Origin: Kiritimatiellia bacterium
Lineage (GTDB): Bacteria; Verrucomicrobiota; Kiritimatiellia; CAIQIC01; Lenti-01
NCBI GenBank assembly: GCA_017540905.1
Contig: JAFYAC010000018.1
Location: 42,344-106,343 of the forward strand
Reading direction: 5' to 3'
DNA: 64,000 nt
The translations under genes were made by a program, and so were the position numbers. This document shows, piece by piece, positions 38,247-47,200 of this stretch (within the stretch, counting starts at the first letter, position 1; each line of letters starts with the position of its first letter). Under the pieces are notes generated by a model. It did no database searches and was not told the DNA's origin. It saw only the letters and a program-made list of their open reading frames with translations.

Positions 38247-39215
38247 TCAGATGTACCGGAAGCGGGCGATTTCGTCCGCCCTGCCGGCCTCGAAGAGCGC
38301 GATGTTGGTGAAGGCGCCGTGCATCATCGCGCGGAAGGAGTCGCCGGTCACGCCGGCGATGTGGGGGGTGAGGATGGCGTTGTCGAGGGCCTTGAGCGGA
38401 TAGTCGTCGGGGAGCGGCTCCTGCACGTGGGCGTCGATGCCCGCGAAGGCGAGCTTCCCGCCGCGCAGGGCGTCGGCCAGGGCCTGGACGTCGACGATCT
38501 GGCCCCGCGCGGTGTTGACCAGGATGGCGCCGTCCTTCATGCGGGCGATGGCGTCCGCGCCGACCAGGTTGCGCGTCGCGTCGGTCAGCGCGCAGTGGAT
38601 GGTGACGATGTCGGAGCGGGCCAGCAGGTCGTCCAGGGGGACGAACTCCATGCGGTTCTCCTCCTCGAAGGCGGCCGGTTCCCGGACGAGGTTGCAGTAG
38701 AGGATGGAGACGCCGAAGGGCTTGAGCAGCGCGACCAGGGCCTTGGCGATGTTGCCCATGCCGACGATGCCGACGGTTTTCCCGCGGAGTTCGGCGGTCT
38801 GCACGCCCTGTTCCTGCTTTTTCCAGACGCCGTTGCGGGTGTTGGCGTGGATGGCCGTCAGCCTGCGGAGGCAGGCCAGGATGAGCATGAGCGTGTGCTC
38901 GGCGCCGCTTTGGGCGTTGACGCCCTGGTTGACGTAGAGGGGGATGCCGTGCGCGCGGATGGCGCCGAGGTCCAGCGCGTCGAGGCCGACGCCGGAGCGC
39001 TGGATCATCTTCAGGCGGGGCGCGTTGTCCAGGACGTCCGCGGTCAGCTTCATGCGGCCGCCGGCGAGGATGTAGTCGGCGCCGCGGGCCTGCGCGACCA
39101 GGCAGTCGTGTTCCTGGCGGTCCAGGAATTCGAGGGCGAAGCCGGCGGGGAGTTCGCCCTCGACGATTTCCAGCGGGGCCCCCGTGTAGCGGTTTGTCAG
39201 CAGAATGGTTTTCAT
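38247..39215 (-). CDS. D-isomer-specific 2-hydroxyacid dehydrogenase (NAD-binding)
   Basis: 322 aa; GKTVGIVGMGNIAKAL Rossmann motif and the catalytic LVNTARG ... TPHIAG region. Confidence 0.85.
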   Translation of the reverse strand: MKTILLTNRYTGAPLEIVEGELPAGFALEFLDRQEHDCLVAQARGADYILAGGRMKLTADVLDNAPRLKMIQRSGVGLDALDLGAIRAHGIPLYVNQGVNAQSGAEHTLMLILACLRRLTAIHANTRNGVWKKQEQGVQTAELRGKTVGIVGMGNIAKALVALLKPFGVSILYCNLVREPAAFEEENRMEFVPLDDLLARSDIVTIHCALTDATRNLVGADAIARMKDGAILVNTARGQIVDVQALADALRGGKLAFAGIDAHVQEPLPDDYPLKALDNAILTPHIAGVTGDSFRAMMHGAFTNIALFEAGRADEIARFRYI

Positions 39216-39229
39216 GGCGGCAGCTCCCG

Positions 39230-40495
39230 TCAGTCGATCGAAATCCACGCGATCGGTTCGCCCTTTTCGTTCTCGATGCGCAGGTGGGACAGCATGTCTT
39301 CGGCGACCTTGCGGCGTCCTTCCTCGGGCAAAAACTTGTAGAGGACGCTGCCGATGACCTGCGCGGTGGTGCCGGCCTTGCCGACGACCGTCCCGGGCGA
39401 GAGGGCCGCGCTGGCCCGCAGCACGCGGGGGACCTTGGAGAGGGCTTCGAAGCCGTCCATCCGGGCAATCCGCTCGCCGGGCGTCCCGAGGATCCGCAGC
39501 ATGCCGTAGTGCTCGCGGAACCAGGGGGTCTCGCGGTCCGCGTCCCAGTCCTGGGCGCACCCGCCCGTCACGGCGAACTGGATGAGGAGCGCCAGCTCGT
39601 CGACGCCGGTCTGGTCCTGCACCAGCTGGTAGTGCTGGCCGCCGCTGGGGCGGTAGCACATCTCGCAGAAGTAGAAGGAGGAGTCGTCGACGAACGCCTG
39701 CAGGGCGATCATCCCGTTGCGGAAACCGTTGGCCTTGAGCATGCGGACGACGGCGGCGTCGACCTCATCGATGTAGCGGCGGGTGTATTTGGAGGGGTAT
39801 TCCGAATAGGCCGACACGGAGGACCCCGAGTCAGGGGCCTTGTACACCAGGCGGTCGTCCGTGGTGGAGAGGCGGACGTCGCCGTCCGCGGCGAAATAGG
39901 AGACGGCGACGTTGTCACAGTCCAGGTACTTCTCCACCATAATCTTCTTGCAGGCCGAGAACGACATCGCGTAGTCGAACGCCGCCTTCAATCCGTCCGG
40001 GCCGGTGCAGCGGATGACGCCTCGGGAACCACTGTTGTCCACGGGCTTGAGCATGAGGGGGAACCCGGTGCGCGCGGCGAAGGCTTCGGCTTCGGCCGGC
40101 ACCGACGTGGATATGCCGGGAATCACCGGCACGCCGGCGGCGAGGCACGCCTCCTTGAACACGGATTTTTCCGTGGCGACGGCGATGGACCGAGCGTCGC
40201 CGTAGCAGGGCAGGCCCGCCTCCTCGCAGATGCGCAGGTAGAAGGGCATGTAGGAGTCGGTGAATCCGGTGAGGACGCCGTCGATGCGCTCCTCCCGGAC
40301 CAGGCGCACGATGGCGTCGATGTCCGAGAAGTCGATGTCCCGGTACTCGTCGGCCAGGAGCTTGGCGGGGGCCTTGTCCAGGGGGCGGTTGTCGGTCACG
40401 ATGGTGTGCACGCCCAGTTGCCGGGCCTTCGCGACGATGCCGCCGATCAACCGGGTGCTGCCGAGGACAAGCAGTTTCTTGCCGTGTATGTTCAT
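39230..40495 (-). CDS. ATP-grasp domain protein (carbamoyl-phosphate-synthase L-chain-like ligase), copy 3
   Basis: About 422 aa; pre-ATP-grasp plus ATP-grasp layout (KKLLVLGSTRLIG ... FPLMLKPVDNSGSRGV). Track ORF extends upstream; start set at MNIHGKK. Confidence 0.7.
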   Translation of the reverse strand: MNIHGKKLLVLGSTRLIGGIVAKARQLGVHTIVTDNRPLDKAPAKLLADEYRDIDFSDIDAIVRLVREERIDGVLTGFTDSYMPFYLRICEEAGLPCYGDARSIAVATEKSVFKEACLAAGVPVIPGISTSVPAEAEAFAARTGFPLMLKPVDNSGSRGVIRCTGPDGLKAAFDYAMSFSACKKIMVEKYLDCDNVAVSYFAADGDVRLSTTDDRLVYKAPDSGSSVSAYSEYPSKYTRRYIDEVDAAVVRMLKANGFRNGMIALQAFVDDSSFYFCEMCYRPSGGQHYQLVQDQTGVDELALLIQFAVTGGCAQDWDADRETPWFREHYGMLRILGTPGERIARMDGFEALSKVPRVLRASAALSPGTVVGKAGTTAQVIGSVLYKFLPEEGRRKVAEDMLSHLRIENEKGEPIAWISID

Positions 40496-40517
40496 GCCCG
40501 CAGGGGTTCCTTCCTTT

Positions 40518-41492
40518 TCAGGGAATTGATTCCCCTGTGTAGCACAGTTGGACGGCTTCTGCCAAGTATTCCATCTCCTCCGGCCCGTACCGCTGGTCGA
40601 GGGGCAGCGGCAGGATGTCGCGCGCCAGGCGGCTTTCGGCCGCGTCCTCCCCGCACCAGCCGGAGACGGAGGGCCAGAGGGTCGGGACGTAGATGCGCCG
40701 GGCCTGGAGGCGCTTGCGGACGGCGGCGCCATTATCCAGCAGCAGCGGGTACATGAAGGTGCCGGGGGCGTCGGGGAGGGCCAGGCCGTTGAGCCCGCCC
40801 AGGCGGGCGTGGAGGAGCGCGTAGTTCCTCTCGCGGACTTCCCGCACGCGCATATAGTCGATGCCGCGGAGGAGGGTTTGGGTCAGCCTGGACATCCGCT
40901 TGACGGGTTCCGCGGCGAAGCGGACGTTGTTCGCGACGTATTCGGCGTAGAACTCGGAGGCCGGGCGCTCGACGCGGCCGAGGAGGAAGCGCATGCGGTC
41001 GAAGGATTCGTCGAGGGGGAGGCCGTCGCGGTCGCCGGGGGCGTCGGAGTACAGGAACGCGCCGTCGGCCACGCCGAAATACTTGCGGCACGTGTAGAGC
41101 GTGTCCACGCCGGGGAGCGGCGGCTGGAAGTAGCTCTGGGCGTTGTCCACGACGACGCGTCCGCCGAAGCGTGCCGCGACGGCGGCGATTTCGTCGTTGC
41201 CGAACCGGGAGTAGTAGTTGACGAAGTAGAACCACTCGCCCTCCCCAAGAGCCACCTCTTCCGCGGGCCGCAGGTCGGGGCCGATGCCGTAAAACGCCCG
41301 CGGAACCCCCTCGCGGTCGCATACGCCCGTCACGGAATCGCAAATCAGGCGGGGAATCCACAGCTTCCTGATGCCGCGCGCGTGGAGGAGCCAGGCCAGG
41401 GCGTTGCGGCCGCAGTTGAGGGCCAGGGCCCCCCCGTGCAGCAGGGGGCGGTCGCCGGCGTCCAGCTCGATGTAGCCGCCGATCTCCTTCAC
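40518..41492 (-). CDS. DegT-like PLP-dependent enzyme (GTG start overlapping the upstream stop)
   Basis: About 324 aa with weaker DegT/WecE-like similarity (ALNCGRNALAWLL ... LYTCRKYFGVADGAFLY). Family assignment is tentative. Confidence 0.5.
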   Translation of the reverse strand: MKEIGGYIELDAGDRPLLHGGALALNCGRNALAWLLHARGIRKLWIPRLICDSVTGVCDREGVPRAFYGIGPDLRPAEEVALGEGEWFYFVNYYSRFGNDEIAAVAARFGGRVVVDNAQSYFQPPLPGVDTLYTCRKYFGVADGAFLYSDAPGDRDGLPLDESFDRMRFLLGRVERPASEFYAEYVANNVRFAAEPVKRMSRLTQTLLRGIDYMRVREVRERNYALLHARLGGLNGLALPDAPGTFMYPLLLDNGAAVRKRLQARRIYVPTLWPSVSGWCGEDAAESRLARDILPLPLDQRYGPEEMEYLAEAVQLCYTGESIP

Positions 41493-42697
41493 GGCGAGGT
41501 CTCCCGCACGATGACGCGGATGTGCCTGCGGATGTCGCGGAGCACCGACGCCATTTCGTCCGCGCCCGGGAACCGGAAGAACACGATGCCCAGTGCGTAG
41601 GCCGCGTGGGTGAAGCGGTGGACCTCCGCGCCGGGCTCCTTGTAGATGCACTTGCGGACGATGAAAGGCTCGATTGCCGGATCGAATTCGATGCGTTCGA
41701 GGATGCCATCGCGGTCCGCATGCAGGTTGTGGGTCGCGCAGTACGGCGTGGGGGCGCGGTCCGGCACCGACACGCTTTCGCCCATGGCGGCCCGCACGGA
41801 CATCTCGACCACGTCCACCCCGAAAATCAGCCCCAACAGGTCCGGAATCATGTTCCCGCCGCTCCGGGGGCCGATGTCGATGGGGAACACGCGGCCGGAC
41901 TTGTCCACGACCAGCTCCACGTTCATCGGGCCGAAGCGGATGCCGAGGGCGTCCACCAGCCGCTGCAGCGTCTCCTCCACGGCCGCGAGGTCGGCCGGGG
42001 CCAGGAGCGCGGGATAGCTCTTGCCGACGGGCACCAGCGGATTCACGGAGGCATCCCGGTGGCAGTTCATCAGGCCCCACTGGATGACCTTGCCGTCCGA
42101 CACGAAGATGTCGCCGCCGACCAGGTACGGATGCCGCTTTTCGATGAACTCCTCCACCACGATCCGGCCGCCGCGCGAGAACGAAAACGCGAAATCCACC
42201 GCCGCCGGGTACCCCGACCGCCCCTGCACGACCGTGACCCCCTTGCTGCCCGACGAATCCACCGGCTTGACGATGAGCGGGAAAACAAACCCGTCCAGCG
42301 CGGCGGCGAGCGCCGACTCCCGGTCCGCAAAGCCCGCCGCCTTCGGCGTGTTGAACCCGTTCTCCGCCAGGAACCTCCGGAAGCGGTCCTTGTTGCAGAG
42401 GATTTCGACGGCCCCGCACGGATTGGTCGGCAGCCCCAGTTTCTCCGCCACGAAGGCCGCCGTGGGCGCCGCCGGGTCCGACGCGTAGGCGATGATCCCG
42501 TCGATCTTCTCCTTCCGCGCCACCGCCAGGATAGCCTCCCGGTCCGTCGTGCTGGTGCAGTAGAACTTGTCCGCGTGGAACTGCCCCGGATTGTCCGGCA
42601 GGTAATCGCACAGCACCGTCCGCAGCCCCAACCTCCGCGCCGTCTCCAGCGCCACCACCTGCTGTGCCGAACCGCCCAGGGAAAGGAGCGTCTTCAT
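41489..42697 (-). CDS. ATP-grasp domain protein, copy 1 and first gene of the cluster
   Basis: 402 aa; LIVKPVDSSGSKGV and a downstream ATP-grasp core. GGAGG RBS before the ATG at 42697. Confidence 0.7.
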   Translation of the reverse strand: MKTLLSLGGSAQQVVALETARRLGLRTVLCDYLPDNPGQFHADKFYCTSTTDREAILAVARKEKIDGIIAYASDPAAPTAAFVAEKLGLPTNPCGAVEILCNKDRFRRFLAENGFNTPKAAGFADRESALAAALDGFVFPLIVKPVDSSGSKGVTVVQGRSGYPAAVDFAFSFSRGGRIVVEEFIEKRHPYLVGGDIFVSDGKVIQWGLMNCHRDASVNPLVPVGKSYPALLAPADLAAVEETLQRLVDALGIRFGPMNVELVVDKSGRVFPIDIGPRSGGNMIPDLLGLIFGVDVVEMSVRAAMGESVSVPDRAPTPYCATHNLHADRDGILERIEFDPAIEPFIVRKCIYKEPGAEVHRFTHAAYALGIVFFRFPGADEMASVLRDIRRHIRVIVRETSP

Positions 42698-42865
42698 GTT
42701 GCCTCCTTCCCGCCGGGGAAGAAGGGCAAGCATTAATGAACATTGGTTCGATTTGGTTGGCATGAGCAACATCCCTCAATGGGTGTGTGTATATCAGTGC
42801 AAGAGGCGTGAAACAAGGGAATTCCATGCTGGAACGCGAGGGGGGCAGAAGGCGGGCAATCGGAT

Positions 42866-43228
42866 TATCCCCCCCTCCGAGAGGGGGGTGGCGCGGCCAT
42901 GGACGGGATGTTCATGGAGAGCCCAAGGGAAACAACCGGGGCCGCGACGGGGGGAGTACTGCGCTTGGTCGTTGCAGCAAGCGCGGCACTGTAGCCGTTC
43001 CGGGATGGCCGCGCTCCGTCGCGGCCGTGTGACAAGAATGCAAATCCGGCCCGGACGGAGCCGGGCCCTCCCAAGATGCGGCTATACTTTCTCTCAATTT
43101 GCGCCCGTTCGGAAGCCTGCGCCAACGGCATCCCGCAGTACTCCCCCCGACGCCCTTTCCAATCTCACCAAAGACACAATCGCTTGTCATCCCTTTCGCC
43201 GGGCGTCACCCCCCTCTCGGAGGGGGGA
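42866..43228. repeat. Nested inverted-repeat (MITE-like) element, copy 2
   Basis: ATCCCCCCCTCCGAGAGGGGGG ... GGGGGGAGTACTGCGC ... CGCAGTACTCCCCCCG ... CCCCCCTCTCGGAGGGGGG. Same architecture as 3079-3365. Confidence 0.5.
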
Positions 43229-43270
43229 AATGCTTGGGCTGGATCCATTCATGCACTCCGCGTGGCAACG

Positions 43271-43708
43271 TCACGCAAACGGATCCGACAGAATCCGGAA
43301 GCCGGCGTCCCGGAAATCGCGGACATTGCGGGTGTGGAACTCGTCCACGCCCCAGTACTTGAGCGTCTCGGCGAGCCGCGTGTCATGGATGCGGCGGCGG
43401 GCGAATCCCGTGGTGGCAGCGCGGCGCCACACGGCATTCATGGCGGACGGCGACGGCGGGATATCCACGACCGTCCAGGCCGGATTGCCCCGGTACGCGG
43501 CAACCACGGCCACCGCTTCCCCGGCCGAGAGCGGATGCTTCTGCACGACCGGGTTGCGCAACAGGCAATACAGCTCCACGAGCACCTGCTCCGCTACAAC
43601 GAACTGCGGATCATCGGCATGGGCGGCAATGAAAGCGTGCGCCGCGGCGTGGTTGGCGTCATCGGGATTGCAGGCCGCGAAAAAAACGTTGGTGTCGCAG
43701 GAAACCAT
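43271..43708 (-). CDS. vapC: PIN-domain toxin of a type II toxin-antitoxin pair (VapC family)
   Basis: 145 aa with the PIN acidic residues in conserved positions (SCDTNV, VAEQVLVEL, IHDTRLA, TRNVRDF). Confidence 0.75.
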   Translation of the reverse strand: MVSCDTNVFFAACNPDDANHAAAHAFIAAHADDPQFVVAEQVLVELYCLLRNPVVQKHPLSAGEAVAVVAAYRGNPAWTVVDIPPSPSAMNAVWRRAATTGFARRRIHDTRLAETLKYWGVDEFHTRNVRDFRDAGFRILSDPFA

Positions 43709-43720
43709 GCCCCTCTCCAG

Positions 43721-43975
43721 TCAATCGTCTCGGTCCGCGTAGATGCGTTCCCGCCAGTCCTCGTCCGCGAACGGATCGGCGACAAGCCCGGTGGAGCGGC
43801 AGAGCGGCGGCTTCCAGCGAACCGGTTCCTCCGCCACGCCTTCGACGGCATGGACGGTGATGTAGAGTTCCAGCGCGTTGCGGCAAACCTCGGCAAGGCT
43901 GCTTTCCCGGCTTTCCGCAAAGCGGCGGACACGGGAGAACAGCGCATCGGGTAGTTGGACTTGGGTACGGGTCAT
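43721..43975 (-). CDS. Putative antitoxin (VapB-like) encoded immediately upstream of the PIN toxin
   Basis: About 85 aa beginning MTRTQVQLPDALFSRVRRFAESRESSLAEVCRNALELY, ending 10 nt before the vapC start. Size and position are typical for an antitoxin. Confidence 0.5.
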   Translation of the reverse strand: MTRTQVQLPDALFSRVRRFAESRESSLAEVCRNALELYITVHAVEGVAEEPVRWKPPLCRSTGLVADPFADEDWRERIYADRDD

Positions 43976-44216
43976 GGTGTGGAAAATACATCGCCGCCGT
44001 TTTGATGTCAATCAGGCACGAAGGTTTGCCTGCGGGAAAGGCTACTGCGGCTGTAAGTGAAAGAAGCGAAGAGATTCCCCTTGTTCAACTTTGCACTTGC
44101 CCCAATCCTCCGGGCAAGGCATTGTTTTCTTGAAGACCCTTCCGACACGCCCAGAAAAGACATTGGAAGGGATTCCGACAAAACCCATCCCAGGTGGACA
44201 GGAAGGATTGCAAAAA

Positions 44217-47200
44217 ATGAAGCGAAACACAGATTTGTTTTTGAGTAAACTTTTCGTTCCCACGCTATTCACACTTTTTACGCTCTTTGTTGTTCCTTTG
44301 TTGGCATCATCCGCCAATGCGATGACCGCCGAGAAAGCCGCAGATTTGTTTTTGGCGAACAATTCGGTGCCTCAGGATGTCCAGAGGAGAAATGTACCTC
44401 GCAGTTTTACCGACAAGGCGCCGGATGCCACCGATATTTGCTTTGTTGTCAAAGCGGGGGATTCCACGGCAGGTAATATGGGGGTTACCTGTGGCCATGG
44501 GGAGGACATTACGTTTTCCATCCCCATTCGGCGATACTATGGAACGGCCGATCAAATCCAAAGGCTGATTCAAAACGGTGGATTGCCGAAAAAGGCCAAG
44601 CTCCGCATGTTTGTCTATGATGTGGATTCTGCCGGTGCACCTAGTTATGGTTATTCACCTGAAAAAGATATTCTCTATGTCAACGGAGGATGCAAGGTAG
44701 GGGAACTCTATGGAGCAGACAATGAATGGAGAGAGGATGAGTTCGAAATCGATATCTCCAACTTGAAGTTCCCCTCTTCGCCCGGGGCTGTTGCAGAAAA
44801 CACGTTTAAGATTGTTGTTGACTACAATAACGAAGGGTGGATTACAAAGGTTAATTGGGTTGCGTTGGAGATACCTGCGGCACCACCTGTGGTGATATCG
44901 CATGGCATACGCAAGAAGCAAGGCAAGCCAACCCTGCCAGATTTAGTGGAAGAAATCGAGGCACTAGGTTTGCCAACCCATACATTCAGCTATCGACAAA
45001 ATGGTAACTCATCAATTCGCGATGGGGCGAGCCAACTCGCAGGAGAAATCGTCAAAGCCAAAGAAATGTGGCATGTCGACAAAGTGACGATAGTTGCACA
45101 CAGCATGGGCGGATTAAAGGCACGTGAATACACGACGGCATTTGATCCCCAGGGACTTAGCGTTGACAGAGTCCTTCAGATTGCAACCCCAAATGGGGGG
45201 GCTGAGTTGGCCGACATCCAACAAATGACAGAAATTGGGTTGGAAAATCCCGATCTTGATCCTGGTATGACAGCACCAATCCAGTTTTTGTTATGGCTTA
45301 AGGATTTTACTGGACCAGCCTATGCAGATTTGACGGTAAAAGCGATGGCCGCATACAACAAAGAACATAAATTAAATAGCAATGTAAAGTATTCCGTTAT
45401 CGCTGGTGATGTTGGGGACGGAAGCGATACCGTTGTTTCGGTCTCCAGTGCGCATACGATGGTTCAGCCTAATACCTTTTCTCCTTTACAACTTCCGTAT
45501 GCAAGTCATTCAGGCCTTGTTGACAAGCCAACTTTTGGAACCCGGGGATGTGTTGGTACGACGGTCGCCTGCCTGAAAAAAGACCTCCTTGCTAAAAGAG
45601 GAGTGAAGAATCAAAATTCAAAACGAATACAGATTCAGTCGAATCAATATAAGAAAGAGGTCAAGAAGGAACAAGTATATATTCAATCAGGAGTTCAAGC
45701 TGCTCCATTGGAGCTGACACAAATTCCAATCTCTATTAAAAACTCTTCTCCCGTTCGGGTTTGGCTTTTTGTTGAAAATGGCGATATTTCATCAATCAAG
45801 CTCGTTGATTCTAATGGTATCGAACATCAAGAATCCTCAGATGGTGTGTATATCTCCATGCTTGATTACTGTGGAATTATCTCTCTACCAAATCCAGTAC
45901 CTGGGGTGTGGAGGCTCAATTTTGAATCGTCTGGTGTCGAGTGTCGTGCCTGGGCACTTCTTGTCCATGAAGATGATTCCAATATAGAATTAAATGCTAA
46001 GTTGGCGGCAGAAACTGTACACGTTGGCAATGCCTTCTCTGTGTCTATGAAGCCAATGATAGATGGCAAGTATCAGACGGGGCGTTCATGTGTCGTTATT
46101 GTGCGCTTCCCGGACAGCTCTTCTGCAGTCTACCGACTACAGCACATAGGAAACGGGGTGTATTCGGCTCCAATTCCTGCACCTATCGAGGGGCGGTATT
46201 CAATGGTTGCTCAGATGACAATTGACGGTAAGGTTTATACAAGTCATTTTTTCGGGAGTGCGCATGCCTCTACCGCAACCATCGGCGCGGACGCTGGAAG
46301 CGGCCCCGTGGACGAGGATGGCGACGGGATGTACGACTGGCTCGTGGCAAAGATTGGCATTGCCGGTGCGGATGCATCGAAGGCCTACCGCGTCTTGGCA
46401 GAACTGGTCGATGCGGACGGGGCGCACATCGAATGGGCAACTGGAACTGCAGAGGCCGGGGAGACCTTTGCCGAATTGTATTTCAACGGGGCCGTCGTTT
46501 TCGAGCACGGAAAGACTGCAAAATATGTCATCACCGATGTCCGGCTTTTCGAAACGGGCGACGACTGGGAGGTGCAGACAGATGCCCGCTCGAACTGGCT
46601 GCAACTGGACGGGAGCACATGGGCGACATTCAACCACGAGCTGGTTTCCGTCGCTGGCACGGGTTCGGATTCCATTGTTTGGCCTACTGGCTCCCAAACG
46701 GGGAATCTCTCCGTCGGACTCGATGTCAACTTCGATGTTGCCATTACGGGAGCCTACAACTACAGCGCTTCGCTGAGGGCTTCCGATGGCGCCCTGATTT
46801 CGTCCGCATACGGAACGACAAGGCTCTCGTCATCAGTTTCCGAGGGCATCGGAACGCAACGCGTCTCCATGACCTTTTCAGGTGCGGACATCATCGCCGC
46901 CGGAAAGGCGGGCCCCTGGGTTGTCACGGACGTGCTGCTTTGGAATAGCAGCAACGAGCTTTCTGCCGAAGGCGAATATGAGACGCGGGCGTGGAGTGTG
47001 GGTGACTTCAAGACGACAACCCTATCGAAGCTGGCGATTTCCGGTCCCGCGAGCGTGGCGTCCGGCAACTCCGCCACCTACACCTGCAACGCGAGCTACT
47101 CCGACGGGACGAGCAAGCGCGTGTCGCCGACGTGGACGCTGTACTCCGGCGGATCTTACGGCAGCATCACGTCGGGCGGTGTGTTCACGGCCTGCGAGAC

